Assembly (NCBI GenBank): GCA_040218735.1 | Contig: JAVJQW010000070.1 | Coordinates: 224,001 to 288,000 of the forward strand | Reading direction: 5' to 3' | DNA length: 64,000 nt | From: Deltaproteobacteria bacterium | GTDB lineage: Bacteria > Myxococcota > Kuafuiibacteriia > Kuafuiibacteriales > Kuafuiibacteriaceae | Shown: one piece after another, positions 48,722 to 59,302 of the stretch | Position numbering within the stretch: position 1 is the first letter of the stretch | Layout of the letters: every line of letters starts with the position of its first letter | Translations under genes and position numbers: made by a program | The notes under the pieces: generated by a model | The model's input: the letters and a program-made list of their open reading frames with translations, nothing else | Databases searched by the model: none | Told to the model about the DNA's origin: nothing

Positions 48722-51652
48722 TTGGAACACATCCCGACGCTTCGTCACTTCACCTTCACAACCTATCTCGTCACCGCGGCCGCCGTCGGCTGCACGTCGG
48801 ACGGGCTCGAGCTCGACCGCGCCTTCGACTTCACACCGAGCGCGATCGACTTCGGAGAGATCGCCGTGGGCGACTCCGCCGATCGCACCGTCCGCATCGT
48901 CAGCCGCACCGACCGCGAGCTAACGGTCGAGGTCGCGCTCGCCGACCCCGGCTTCACCGCCCTCGCCGAAGAGGTCTTACTCCCGGCGGGCGGCACGGCC
49001 TCCGTCGAGGTCCGCTTCGGACCCGAGGACGCCGGCACCTTCGAGGGCGGCCTCGTCATCAGCGGTGGCGGCGCCACGGGTAGCGTCGCGCTCACGGGCC
49101 GCACACCACCGCCGTGCATCCTCGACGCACTTCAGCCGCGGGAGATCGCGCTCGGCGCGACGTTGCCGTCGACCACCCGAGAGCACCGCATCCCGATCGA
49201 CAACCCGAGCACGTTCCCGCTGACCGTCGACGTCAGCGCGCAGCGCAACTTCCAACCGTGCGGCGGCGCCGGCGGCGAGGCGTTCTGCTACGCGCTCGAG
49301 CCTGGGCCCGAGCTCGCGCCCGACGGCAGCGTGGAGTTGGTGGTTCGGTTATTGCCCCTCATCCCCGGCGTCCGTGAGCGCGGCGAGCTGAGGCTTTCCA
49401 CCAGCGAGACGTGCGCGGCTGATCTCACGTTCGACAGCGTGACCGTCTCGCGCGGCATCGACTGTTCGCCGGGCGCCGTCGACTTCGACGACGTGCAGCC
49501 CGGCGACTGCGGCACCCGAACCGTCACGTGTGAAAACATCGCCAACGTCCCGTTCTCGGTGACGCGGTGGGGCCTCGCCGAAGCACCGTCCCCGAACGAC
49601 CCGGCGTTCACCGTCTCGCCGAGCCGCACCGTCGCGATGCCGGCGGGGGCCTCCGTCGACATCGACGTGACCTTCTGCCCAACGACATTCGCCCGCGCCG
49701 AGGCGGTGCTGGAGGTCGAGAGCGACCCGGCCGAATCGTGGCTGCCGAAGATCCACGTCCCGGTCGAGGGCGGCGGCTGTTCCCCGAGCGTCGAGACGGT
49801 CCCCGAGTCCCTCGACTTCGGCGAGGTCTCCGTCGTGGTCCCCGTCCGCCGTCACCTCGTGATCACCAACGTGGGCTTCGAACCGTTCGCCATCACCCAC
49901 GTCCTCGGGGACACCGCGGGCACCGGCGCGCTCACGGTCATCGGCGACGCCAATGGGATTCTGGAGCCCGGCGAGGCGAGGTTCGTCACGGTCGAGGTCG
50001 CGCCGCAGACGCCGGGTCCTGTGTCCACCGCCGTCCTCGTCGGGACGAGCGATGTGTGCGCCGCGGAGATCACGGTGCCGGTGAACATGGTCGGCGTGAA
50101 CCTCCCTTTGTGTTCGTTCAACATACCGCCGACGCTCGACTTCGGCGTCGTCCCCGTCGGCCGGCGAGTCGAGCGCAACCTCTACGTCCGCACCGGCGCG
50201 TCGGAGTGCCTCCTGTCCGCGACGCAGATCGCGGCGGGCTCGGACGTCGCGTACTCCATTTTGGATCCGGTCGTCACGAGTGAGCGCATCCCACCGAACA
50301 CCACGCGCGCGGTGCGCGTCGCGTGTCGACCCGACGACACCGGGCCGAGCACGGGCGACGTTGAGCTGAGCATCTCGAGCCCGCCCGACCCCTACCCCAC
50401 GGTCGCGCTCGCCGCGCGCGCGGAGCTGGACGCGCTCGTCGTGACCCCGCGGACGATCGACTTCGGCACCGCGGGTGTCGACTGCCGAACGCCGGCGCGA
50501 CGGATCACGATCGCGAACCCCACGGCGCAGGCCGTGACCATCGGTACCGTCGACTTCGTCCCTGCTGTCCCCGAGATTGGCCTCGTGAACCCGCCGACCC
50601 TCCCGATATCGATCGCACCGGGTCAGACCGCCTCGATCGAGGTCGACTTCTCGCTCGACCGCGCGGGGGAGATCACGACGCTGCTGGAGATCGGCGCGGC
50701 GGTGGGGGGGAGCGCGCACGTATACCGCGTGGAGCTCATCGGGCGCGCGGACGCGGCGACAACGGTCACCGAGACCTTCGAGCAGGCGCCCCCGGCACGT
50801 TCGGAGATCCTGTTCGTCCTCGAGCGCAGCATCGGCACCCGCGACGCCTTCACGGATCTCGGGAACGCGCTCCCGACGTTCCTCACGGCGGCGAACATGG
50901 CGGGGCTCGCCTGGCGCATCGGTGTCACCACCACCTCCGGCGACGAAGGCGGCCGCCTCGTCCATCCTCGGAACCCGACCAACCTCTTCGGCGGCAGCAC
51001 CTCGAACCGAATCCTCCGACCCACGAGCGCGGGCCTGTCGACCCTGTTTCAACGTAACGTCGCGGTGGGGATCGGCGGCGAGGTCCCCGCGCCCGGAATC
51101 GAGATGGCGTGGCGCGCGCTGTCCGCGCCGAACCTCGTCGGCGCCAACGTCGGCTTCGGCGACCCCGACGCGAGCCTCAGCGTGGTCTTCGCGACCAACG
51201 GGGACGACGGCTCCCCGGGTTCGGACGCCTACTACCGCGCGCTGTTCGCGAGCCTGGAGGAGGAGCGCGGCCGCGGAAGCCTCGGCGTCCACGTGGTCGG
51301 CGGCGACGCCCTCATCGGCTGCCCCGACGCCGGCGCGTCCACGCGCTATGTGAACCTGGCGGCGGACCTCGGCGGGACGTTTCACTCCATCTGCATGCCG
51401 GACTGGCCGGAGCAAATCCTCGGGGAGCTGCCGAACGCGATCGTCTTCCGCAGCCTGCTCCGTCTGAACGCCACGCCGATCCCGTCGACGCTCCGGGTGT
51501 TCGTGGACGGGGTCGAGCTCCCCAACCAGACAGCCGGGGGGACGACGAACTGGACCTACGACGCCGCGTTCGACGCGGTGCGCCTGTCGGCGTTTGCCGC
51601 GCCGCAGCTCTGGTCGACCATCCGCGTGGAGTACACGCAGATGTGTCTGTAG
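48722..51652 (+). CDS. Large surface protein with multiple ASH/choice-of-anchor D Ig-like domains and a degenerate vWA domain
   Basis: Repeated 'P..(I/L)DFG.V' units; C-terminal vWA-like region with 'WRIGVTTT' and 'NWTYD'. Start uncertain. Confidence 0.78.
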   Translation: MEHIPTLRHFTFTTYLVTAAAVGCTSDGLELDRAFDFTPSAIDFGEIAVGDSADRTVRIVSRTDRELTVEVALADPGFTALAEEVLLPAGGTASVEVRFGPEDAGTFEGGLVISGGGATGSVALTGRTPPPCILDALQPREIALGATLPSTTREHRIPIDNPSTFPLTVDVSAQRNFQPCGGAGGEAFCYALEPGPELAPDGSVELVVRLLPLIPGVRERGELRLSTSETCAADLTFDSVTVSRGIDCSPGAVDFDDVQPGDCGTRTVTCENIANVPFSVTRWGLAEAPSPNDPAFTVSPSRTVAMPAGASVDIDVTFCPTTFARAEAVLEVESDPAESWLPKIHVPVEGGGCSPSVETVPESLDFGEVSVVVPVRRHLVITNVGFEPFAITHVLGDTAGTGALTVIGDANGILEPGEARFVTVEVAPQTPGPVSTAVLVGTSDVCAAEITVPVNMVGVNLPLCSFNIPPTLDFGVVPVGRRVERNLYVRTGASECLLSATQIAAGSDVAYSILDPVVTSERIPPNTTRAVRVACRPDDTGPSTGDVELSISSPPDPYPTVALAARAELDALVVTPRTIDFGTAGVDCRTPARRITIANPTAQAVTIGTVDFVPAVPEIGLVNPPTLPISIAPGQTASIEVDFSLDRAGEITTLLEIGAAVGGSAHVYRVELIGRADAATTVTETFEQAPPARSEILFVLERSIGTRDAFTDLGNALPTFLTAANMAGLAWRIGVTTTSGDEGGRLVHPRNPTNLFGGSTSNRILRPTSAGLSTLFQRNVAVGIGGEVPAPGIEMAWRALSAPNLVGANVGFGDPDASLSVVFATNGDDGSPGSDAYYRALFASLEEERGRGSLGVHVVGGDALIGCPDAGASTRYVNLAADLGGTFHSICMPDWPEQILGELPNAIVFRSLLRLNATPIPSTLRVFVDGVELPNQTAGGTTNWTYDAAFDAVRLSAFAAPQLWSTIRVEYTQMCL

Positions 51653-51653
51653 C

Positions 51654-52760
51654 TCAGGAGACGCCGCGCAAGACGCGGGTGCGGTCGCTCGGCGGGGTGA
51701 AGAAGCTCTTCACCTTGCCGATCTCCGCGATGCGCCGCAGCGCGAGGTTGTCCGCCGCCTTGTGCGTGGGGATGTCCTCGCGGCGGGCGATCTCGAAGAC
51801 GCGCATCATGATGTCGTAGATGCCGTCGGCCTGCTTGAGCGCGCGCTCCTGGTTGTAACCTTCGAGCTCGTTCGCGACGTTGATGAGGCCGCCCGCGTTG
51901 ATGACGTAGTCGGGGGCGTACAGCATCCCGCGCTCGAGGAGGCCGCGACCGTGGCGGCGCTCGTCGTGAAGCACGTTGTTCGCGGAGCCGGCGACGATCT
52001 CCACCTTCAGGCGCGGGAGTGTGTCGTCGTTGACGACCGCGCCGAGCGCGCACGGTGCGAAGATGTCGGCCTGCACGTCGAAGATCTTGTCGGTGTCGAC
52101 GACCTCGGCGTTGAACTCCGCGACGGCGCGCCGCAGGTTCTCGTCGTACAGGTCGCAGACGGTCAGCCGCGCGCCCGCGCGGTGCAGCAGCTTCGCGAGG
52201 TGGTAGCCGACCGCGCCGACGCCCTGGATGGTGACGTGTTTGCCGTCCAGGCTGTCCGTGCCCCAGCGCTCCTTCGCGCAGGCCTGCATCCCCGCGAAGG
52301 TGCCCTGCGCCGTGACGGGGGAGGGATCGCCCGACCCCCCGAGCGCCCGGGAGATCCCGGTGACCCAGTTGGTCTCCATCCGCACCCACTCCATGCACCG
52401 CACGTCCGTGCCGGAGTCCTCCGCGGTGATGTACCGGCCGCCCAGGCCCTCGACGAACCGCCCAAACGCCCTAAAGAGCGTCTCCGAGCGCGTCCCCTTG
52501 GGGTCGCCGATGATGACGGCCTTGCCGCCGCCCAGGTTCAGGCCGGCCGCGGCGCTCTTGAACGTCATGCCCCGCGCGAGGCGCAGAACGTCCGTCAGGG
52601 CGTCTTCCGTGCTCTTGTACGGCCACATCCGGGTGCCGCCGAGCGCCGGCCCCAGCGTCGTGTCGTGGATGGCGATGATCGCCTTGAGGCCCGAGACCTC
52701 GTCGTAGCAGAAGGTGACCTGCTCATGATTCTTGCTGGCGACTGCTTCGAAGACGTCCAT
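51654..52760 (-). CDS. Leu/Phe/Val dehydrogenase
   Basis: '[15 protein letters not shown]', 'GGGKAV', 'AED', 'GVGAVG', 'PCALG', 'NAGG'. Confidence 0.95.
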   Translation of the reverse strand: MDVFEAVASKNHEQVTFCYDEVSGLKAIIAIHDTTLGPALGGTRMWPYKSTEDALTDVLRLARGMTFKSAAAGLNLGGGKAVIIGDPKGTRSETLFRAFGRFVEGLGGRYITAEDSGTDVRCMEWVRMETNWVTGISRALGGSGDPSPVTAQGTFAGMQACAKERWGTDSLDGKHVTIQGVGAVGYHLAKLLHRAGARLTVCDLYDENLRRAVAEFNAEVVDTDKIFDVQADIFAPCALGAVVNDDTLPRLKVEIVAGSANNVLHDERRHGRGLLERGMLYAPDYVINAGGLINVANELEGYNQERALKQADGIYDIMMRVFEIARREDIPTHKAADNLALRRIAEIGKVKSFFTPPSDRTRVLRGVS

Positions 52761-52944
52761 CGGCGAGCGGGACGCTATGGGTGCGAAGAAGGCGCGTCAA
52801 CGACATTCAACCCCCCGAAAACAATCCGTTTTCATGCCGCAGTGCGGCGTCGCCCCACCGTCGCGCGTTTGCAACAGGCGTGGCGAAGGGGATACGTGTC
52901 ACCGTCGCTTCGCACCAAGCGACCCGAGCGTCGAATTCAAGTAA

Positions 52945-53001
52945 TTTCAAGCACTTGGACATCAATGCGGCGGTCCGCCCCACCTTGGCACGCCGCCTGC
53001 T
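52945..53001 (+). promoter_or_regulatory. Sigma54 promoter with upstream IHF-like site
   Basis: TGGCACG-CCGC-CTGCT at 52986-53001 (-24/-12); TTTCAA-GCAC-TTG at 52945-52957 versus WATCAAN4TTR. Confidence 0.7.
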
Positions 53002-53013
53002 TTATCCCCAGGC

Positions 53014-53211
53014 ATGACGATGACGGCGACCAACAGCAACACCCTCGACAGCTGGCTCAAGGCGGTGAACTCGCACCTCGCGGTCCGACGCCTCGAGACC
53101 CAGGCCACCCCGCGCCCCAAGCGCAACCGCGAGCGCGAGCGCGCCCGCCGCGAGGCACGTCAGCTGTTCGCCCAGTACTACCAGGAGCGCGCGATCGCGC
53201 TGGCCTCCTGA
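53014..53211 (+). CDS. Small basic helical protein (65 aa)
   Basis: GC3-rich codons; lies between a sigma54 promoter and an intrinsic terminator. Confidence 0.6.
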   Translation: MTMTATNSNTLDSWLKAVNSHLAVRRLETQATPRPKRNRERERARREARQLFAQYYQERAIALAS

Positions 53212-53316
53212 AGAATCTTCGAATGCGGGGGCCGCACACTCCGTCAGACGTATCGAGGACGCGCCGTGGCGACGGCTGCGGCGCGCCCCAGCGAAACCGA
53301 CAAACGAAGACTCCGA

Positions 53317-53346
53317 GCCCGTGGCGCGTGCGCCGCGGGCTTTTTT
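53317..53346 (+). terminator. Rho-independent terminator
   Basis: GCCCGTGGCG-cgtg-CGCCGCGGGC followed by TTTTTT. Confidence 0.85.
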
Positions 53347-53361
53347 ACGTCCGCGCCGGCC

Positions 53362-56300
53362 TCAGTACCGCGCGGTGACGCGCAGGAAGGGCCCACGCGC
53401 GTCCTGCGACAGCAGCGTCAGCACATCGTCCGAAAAGCGCGTGAAGTTGTACCCCGCCCCGATGCGGATGTGCTCGCTGGGCAGGTAGCCGACCTCCAGC
53501 AAGAAGCCGCGCTCGCTCGTGTTCGTGTCGAGGTCCACGAGCATCCGGTACTCCACGCCGCCCTCGACCTGCTGAATCGGCCGCGCGTTCACGCGGTTGA
53601 TCCACAGGACGTTCACGCCGTTCGCCGTCCCGAGGTCGCTCGACGACTCGCTCGACACCAGCGCGAAGCGCTCCACCAGCTGCACGTTCCAGGGTGTGTC
53701 GACGATCGGCTCCACCGACAGCGCGTCCCGCGTCTCACTCACGCGCCGGTCGTCCTCGAGGCTGCGCGGGCGCTGCTGGTCGAGGCGCGTGTACCGCACG
53801 ATCAGCGTGAACCAGTCCTCGGCGCGCGGCCGGAACATCGCCCCCACCGACCCCTCCAGCGCCTTCGCGTAGGTCACGTTCGCGTTGGTGTCCGTGACGT
53901 GCTGCCCCGTCAGGCGTGCGAGCGCCGAGACGTCGCGCGTGATCGACCACAGCGCCACCAGGTGCCCGCCGACGACGCGGAAGTCGCGCCCCCCGACCGC
54001 CTGGTCACCGTTGTCGATCCGCAGCTCACCCCGCGCCGACAGCTTCAGGTTCGGCACGCGCGTCAACACGATCCCCGTCGCGAGCGCGTCGCGCGACACC
54101 GCGCCCGGGAGGATCTGCGCCGGCCGCCCGAACCCGCCGAGCGCCGCCGACAGCCCACCGAACGGCGCCGTGAAGGCCGACGCCTGCGCGTTCGCGTTCG
54201 GCTGCACGTTGCTCGCGAGCAGGTGCGCGCGCTCGTACGCCAACAGGAGGTCCACGCCCTCCCCGACCCGCCAGCGGTTGTCCATGCCGATCACCGCCCG
54301 GCTCGCGGTCGGATCGAAGGCGCCGCCCATCTGCAGCTCGCCGTATGTGCGGCTCCCCTCCGCCACGATGTCCTCGGCGCCGATCACCGTCGTCAGCGCC
54401 GGGACGCCGCCGGTGCTCGTGAACCGCTCCGCGACGTAGCTCGACAGCCCGCCCTCGTTCCGCACGCGCACGCCGAGCTGCGTGGCGTTGTCGCCGTTCC
54501 ACCGCACCGTCTCGAACAGCGCGATCTCCATCGACTCCGTGAGGCGGTACGTCGCCCCGGCCGTCGTCGCGAGCACGCCGATGTTCGAGCTCGTGTACAG
54601 GTCGGTGTCGACGAGCGCGGACTGCCCGATCGTCAGCGTCAGGTCGTCCGAGTACTTGTGGTCGTACCGCCCCGACATCCCCGTCGTGGAGTCGTTCCCG
54701 CCGTCGTCCAGCATCAGGTGCTGCAGCTCGAACCCGAGCCCGTGGCGTCCGGAGCGGTACGTCACGCCGGCGGTCGCGAGCCCCCGGAACAGCCCCTCGG
54801 GCGCGTTGGTCGTCGCGAGCTGCTCGGGCCGTACGTAGGACGCCGCGTCGAACGAAGCCCGCGCCGTCACCTCGGGCGTGAAGTCGTAGCTCGCGGCGAC
54901 GCCGCCCTCCAACCGCCCCGACTGACGCGCCGAACCGAGCGACGAGAACCGAAGCCCCGCCTTCCGGCCGTACGCCCGCACGTAGCCGGTGGGCCGCGCC
55001 TCGAGCGGCTCGTCCGCGAACAGGTCACCGATCGACAGCTGCCCCGACAGCCGGAACGCGTTCGAGTCGAGCGCGCCGAAGAACGGCCCGGTGCGCTCGG
55101 CGAAGTCGGCCTCGTCGAGGCGCGAGGACAGGTCGAGATCGATGAACGAGAGCCCGCCGTCCGTCGACAAGCGCCCCGCCGTCGTCTCTCCCGAAGACCC
55201 CGCGTACTCGAACTCGAGGAACGACGCCTGCGTCGGCCGGTACGCCAGCCCGAAGCCGTAGATGCGGTGCCGCGTCCCGTCGAGGTTCTCGCCCGCGACC
55301 GCACCGAACACCTCGAACTGCTCGGCGATCGTCTCACGCGCCTCGACGCCGAACGTCAGATCCCCCGCGCCGGACGCGAGGTACGTGTAGTCGACCACGA
55401 TGTAGATCGGGTGCCCCGACAGCGCGACGCTGCGGTTGATCCCCGTCTGCGCCATCGACACCGCGTGCGCGACCGGCTCGCGGAACACGATGCGCCCCTC
55501 GTGCGGTCGAATCTCGTAGTCGACGCCGCGCTGCTTCTCGACGCGCTCCAAAACGAACCCCGTGTCGCGGTCGCGCACGACCAGCGCGATGCGCTCCGAG
55601 CCCTCCACGAGGTCGCGGTTCGACAGCCAATACATCGTGCCGCCGGTCCCGCCGATCTCGTCGTGGCCGCGCCGCGTCCCGTCGTTCTCGAGGCCGACCA
55701 TGCCCCGGATCTCGGTCTCGTCGAGCTCGCCGAAGCGCTCGTCGAAGTCGACGTGAACCCCGAAGCCCGCCCGGCGGAACGCGAAGTAGCCGTCCTCCGA
55801 GAGCCCCTCGAGCGTCGTCGTCCGGTTGCCCACGGCGAGCGTGGACTCGTCCGCCTTCACGGTGACGTCGACCTTGTAACGCGACGAGGTCTCCTGAACC
55901 TCCAACCCCGCGTCGCCGAACGCCGGCAACATCCGCAGCGGGTCGTCCTCGAGCCGACGCACCGTCGCATCCTCGAGCGCGCCGGTGTCGATGCGCCCCA
56001 CGACCTCGACCTGCTCGAAGGGCCCCTCGTCCAGCGTCGTCCGCGCGCGACCGTAGGCCACCGCGCGACCGTCGAGCGACAGCGGCCCGGCGTCCACGTG
56101 GGTGTGGCGATTCGAGCCCGCGAGGCGCGCGTTCCCGAGCGAGACCTGCGCGTCCCCCATCGCGAGCAGGAACCACGACGTCGAAGCCGCGACGACGGTA
56201 CGCTCGAACACCGCGCGGTTGCCGTCGACGTCCTCGGTCTCGACACGCACGACGTTCTCACCCGGTTTCAGCGGAACGACCGCCGAGAACGAACCGGACG

Positions 56301-59223
56301 GCGCCACCGCCACGCGCTCGCCCGCGACCCGCACCACGTTCGTCGGCACCGTCGTCCCGACGATCGGGTAGAACAGCCGCGCCTGCGTCTGACCGGCCTG
56401 CGCGACGCGCATCGTGACGTCCGACGCGGGTGTACGCTCCGGCGCCTCCATCGCGGTCGGCGACTTCGCGCGGTCGAGGTTCTCGAGCCCCACGATGGGC
56501 ACCGCGTACACGCTCGACCCGGCGACGAGGATCGTGCGGTCCACCGGATCGATCGGGTCGCTCAGGAGGCGTCGCGCCCCCGGCACCACCAGCACCGGCG
56601 CACGCTCCGCTTCAGCCGCGAGCACCCGGTCGCCCTCGCCCAACGCCTCGATCGTACGCACCCGCGTGACGCGAAGCCCGCCCGGGAACGTCGCGGACCA
56701 CGCGAGGGTGGTCGGCCGCGCGAACACCACCGTCGACGTGACGGTGAGCGCCGTGCCCGGGAGCGGATCGGCGAGCCCGGAGCGCTCCGCGAGGATCGAA
56801 CGCTCACCTCGGGTGTCGAACAGCGCGAGGCTCCACTGCTCGGGGCGCGTCGCCACGCCAAGCTCGGGGGTGATCGTCACCCCGCCGTCCTCCGCCTTGA
56901 CCCGCACCGCGCCCAACGTCAGCGCGTACGGCGCGAGGTTGATCGCGACGTCGCCGATGGTCAGCGCGCTTCCGTCCGTCGATAGCGGCTGTGCGACGCG
57001 CTCGCCCGTGCGGGTCACCCAGTCGACCGTCACCACGCGCCGGAGGATCGCCACGTCACCGTTCGGTCCGCGCAAGGTAGCTTGCAGCGTCGCCGGCGCC
57101 TCGACGTCGATCGTCACGTCGACGTCCGACCATCGCTCCAGCGGCACCTCCCCCGACTTGTTGTCGACGTCCAGGCGCAGGCTCGCGGACCGAACCTCGC
57201 GCGCAGGCACCTTCGGTCGCGGCGCCGCGGCCGGCGGCGCCGCCCCGACGCGCACGTCGACGCGCCGATTCTTCACCCTGAGACGCGCCGAGATGTTCGG
57301 CACGATCGGGACCTCCGCGCCGCGCGAGCCCACGAAGATCCGCCCGGGCGCCACCCCGCGCTCCACGAGCATGGCCTGCACCGACTCCGCCAGCGCGAGC
57401 GCACGCGCGGCCGGGTCTTCGTCCGCCGCGTCCCAGTGCCCGACGATCCCGACGGCCACCCCGTCGGCCAGGCGCCCCTCGAGCGCGGACCACGCGGCGT
57501 CGACGTTCACGACGTCCTCCGAGGCGTCGATGGTGGCGACGGTCTCGAACGCCTCGAGGTCCGGCGCGGACGGGGGCGCAGGGGGCGGGACACCGAAGTC
57601 GACGTCCGCCGACGTGGCCTCGTCGGACTCGTCCGCGAGCAACACCAGCCGCGCCCGGTACACCGCGCTCGGCGGCCGGTCCCAGAACCAGTCCACGAAC
57701 AGCGGCGGTGGCCCGCGACCGGTGAGGGATTCGGCGCGTACCGTGCGGGCGACCTGCCCCGCCGAATCGACGTCGTCGATCTCGATCCGCCACCGCGTCG
57801 GCGTGAACGGCGCGACGTCGAGCGGGAAGAAGCGCACGCCGTTCGGCTTGTCGACCGCGCGCAGCTCTGCGCGCATGAACTGATAGGCGCGCCCCGCGAT
57901 CGACAGCCGACGCTCCGCCGCCGTCAGCGACACCTCCACCGTCCGCGCGCCGCCCGCCAGCGGCGTGCTCACCGTCGTCGTGTGCACCCGCTCGGCGGTG
58001 TTCCAGTCCTCGAGCCGACACGCCACGCCGAACCGCACCTTCCCGGGGGTGCCCGGCGACAGATACAGCTGCGCGCGAATCGGCGTGGTCGGCTCACTCG
58101 GCGGCGGCAGGCTCGCGTCGTCCAGCTTCACGAGGTGCGTCCCCGGCGGGACCCCCGAGAAGTGGAACAGCCCGTTCTCGTCCGTCTGTGCGTAGAAGCC
58201 TGTGTCGAGGTAGACACGTACGCCGAACAGCCCCGGCTCCCCCTCGTCCTGCCAGCCGACCCGGCCGTCCTCGCCGTCGCAGAACACCCGGCCGAAGATC
58301 GTGCTGGTGTCGAGCGTCGGGTCGCCTTCGATCGCGAGCGTCAACGCAGCTTGCTGCGTGACGAGGATGCCGCCCGGCCGCTCGAGCCACGCACGCACGC
58401 GCGGGCGGTTACGATCCGGGACCTGCACGGCGCGCGCGATCGCCCGCACCGCGACGGTTTCGTTGGGCGCGATGGAGATCGGCAGCCGCCAGAGCAAGTC
58501 CGCTTGCGTCGCGTTCACCGTCGCGACGTTGGTCGTGCTCGAAGTCCGCGACGTGCGAACGACCCGCACCGAGTCCTCGAGCAAGCGCAGCTCGGGCGGC
58601 AACGACAGCACCGCTTCGAAGTCGTCGATCGGCGTCGTCTGCCGCGAAGTGAACCGTGCCTCGAACAACACGTGCTGCCCGCGCCGCACCCGTCGCCGGT
58701 CGGCGTCGAGCGTCGCGGTGATCAGCCGGTCGAGCTTGTCGACGGGGACGTGGTTGTTCCGCGCCGAGCCCGGCGTGTTCGTCGAAAACCGCAGCGCGTA
58801 GGTGCCGCTCTCGGTCGGGGCCGTGGACGGATCCACCTCCCCGTTCGGACAGGAGATCGTCGAGCACGCCACGCCCCCCAGCGGCCCGTCGCCCGCCGGC
58901 GGCCGCTCCGCGCTCGGGAAGACAAAACGCAGGTCCTGGCGGTCCAGGCTCAACCGAACCCGGCGGACCGTCTGCACCTCGAACAGGTAGCGCCCGTCCT
59001 CACCGGTGACGCGGCCCTGCTGGGACGGATCCGTCAGCTCGCCGGGCGAGACGACGTCGCCCGTATCGTCGTCCACGAGGAACACCGCGACGCCGCTCAC
59101 CGGCGCGAGGGTGTCGCTCTCGTGAACGACGCCCTCGATGACGAACTGCGCGAAGCTGATCCGCGGGAGGATCAACGCGACGGCGACGAGGACGAACAGC
59201 CTGAGAGCGCGCATCGCGAACAC
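53362..59223 (-). CDS. Very large outer-membrane protein: Ig/DUF11/SdrD-like domains + OmpA-like domain + large C-terminal beta-barrel
   Basis: Signal peptide; 'GRVFCD...GEPGL.GVRVYL..G....TDENGLFHF'; OmpA 'GH..RA..V...L..RG...P..N....KNRRVD'; amphipathic strands ending 'FLRVTARY'. Confidence 0.8.
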   Translation of the reverse strand: MFAMRALRLFVLVAVALILPRISFAQFVIEGVVHESDTLAPVSGVAVFLVDDDTGDVVSPGELTDPSQQGRVTGEDGRYLFEVQTVRRVRLSLDRQDLRFVFPSAERPPAGDGPLGGVACSTISCPNGEVDPSTAPTESGTYALRFSTNTPGSARNNHVPVDKLDRLITATLDADRRRVRRGQHVLFEARFTSRQTTPIDDFEAVLSLPPELRLLEDSVRVVRTSRTSSTTNVATVNATQADLLWRLPISIAPNETVAVRAIARAVQVPDRNRPRVRAWLERPGGILVTQQAALTLAIEGDPTLDTSTIFGRVFCDGEDGRVGWQDEGEPGLFGVRVYLDTGFYAQTDENGLFHFSGVPPGTHLVKLDDASLPPPSEPTTPIRAQLYLSPGTPGKVRFGVACRLEDWNTAERVHTTTVSTPLAGGARTVEVSLTAAERRLSIAGRAYQFMRAELRAVDKPNGVRFFPLDVAPFTPTRWRIEIDDVDSAGQVARTVRAESLTGRGPPPLFVDWFWDRPPSAVYRARLVLLADESDEATSADVDFGVPPPAPPSAPDLEAFETVATIDASEDVVNVDAAWSALEGRLADGVAVGIVGHWDAADEDPAARALALAESVQAMLVERGVAPGRIFVGSRGAEVPIVPNISARLRVKNRRVDVRVGAAPPAAAPRPKVPAREVRSASLRLDVDNKSGEVPLERWSDVDVTIDVEAPATLQATLRGPNGDVAILRRVVTVDWVTRTGERVAQPLSTDGSALTIGDVAINLAPYALTLGAVRVKAEDGGVTITPELGVATRPEQWSLALFDTRGERSILAERSGLADPLPGTALTVTSTVVFARPTTLAWSATFPGGLRVTRVRTIEALGEGDRVLAAEAERAPVLVVPGARRLLSDPIDPVDRTILVAGSSVYAVPIVGLENLDRAKSPTAMEAPERTPASDVTMRVAQAGQTQARLFYPIVGTTVPTNVVRVAGERVAVAPSGSFSAVVPLKPGENVVRVETEDVDGNRAVFERTVVAASTSWFLLAMGDAQVSLGNARLAGSNRHTHVDAGPLSLDGRAVAYGRARTTLDEGPFEQVEVVGRIDTGALEDATVRRLEDDPLRMLPAFGDAGLEVQETSSRYKVDVTVKADESTLAVGNRTTTLEGLSEDGYFAFRRAGFGVHVDFDERFGELDETEIRGMVGLENDGTRRGHDEIGGTGGTMYWLSNRDLVEGSERIALVVRDRDTGFVLERVEKQRGVDYEIRPHEGRIVFREPVAHAVSMAQTGINRSVALSGHPIYIVVDYTYLASGAGDLTFGVEARETIAEQFEVFGAVAGENLDGTRHRIYGFGLAYRPTQASFLEFEYAGSSGETTAGRLSTDGGLSFIDLDLSSRLDEADFAERTGPFFGALDSNAFRLSGQLSIGDLFADEPLEARPTGYVRAYGRKAGLRFSSLGSARQSGRLEGGVAASYDFTPEVTARASFDAASYVRPEQLATTNAPEGLFRGLATAGVTYRSGRHGLGFELQHLMLDDGGNDSTTGMSGRYDHKYSDDLTLTIGQSALVDTDLYTSSNIGVLATTAGATYRLTESMEIALFETVRWNGDNATQLGVRVRNEGGLSSYVAERFTSTGGVPALTTVIGAEDIVAEGSRTYGELQMGGAFDPTASRAVIGMDNRWRVGEGVDLLLAYERAHLLASNVQPNANAQASAFTAPFGGLSAALGGFGRPAQILPGAVSRDALATGIVLTRVPNLKLSARGELRIDNGDQAVGGRDFRVVGGHLVALWSITRDVSALARLTGQHVTDTNANVTYAKALEGSVGAMFRPRAEDWFTLIVRYTRLDQQRPRSLEDDRRVSETRDALSVEPIVDTPWNVQLVERFALVSSESSSDLGTANGVNVLWINRVNARPIQQVEGGVEYRMLVDLDTNTSERGFLLEVGYLPSEHIRIGAGYNFTRFSDDVLTLLSQDARGPFLRVTARY

Positions 59224-59302
59224 GCCGCCGTCGGCGGCGCGAGAACGTTTAACAGATGTGATGCAGGGTGCGGAAGATGCGCCAGGTCACGCCGCCGCCG
59301 CT

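Noticed and set aside
53208-53300. Hammerhead-like cores CTGAAGA ... GAAAC
   Set aside because: Stem II cannot close (A versus C), and stems I and III were not found.
53180-53346. tmRNA, suggested by the ALAS ending and a GGGGGC run
   Set aside because: No tRNA-like acceptor or T-arm, and no CCA end.
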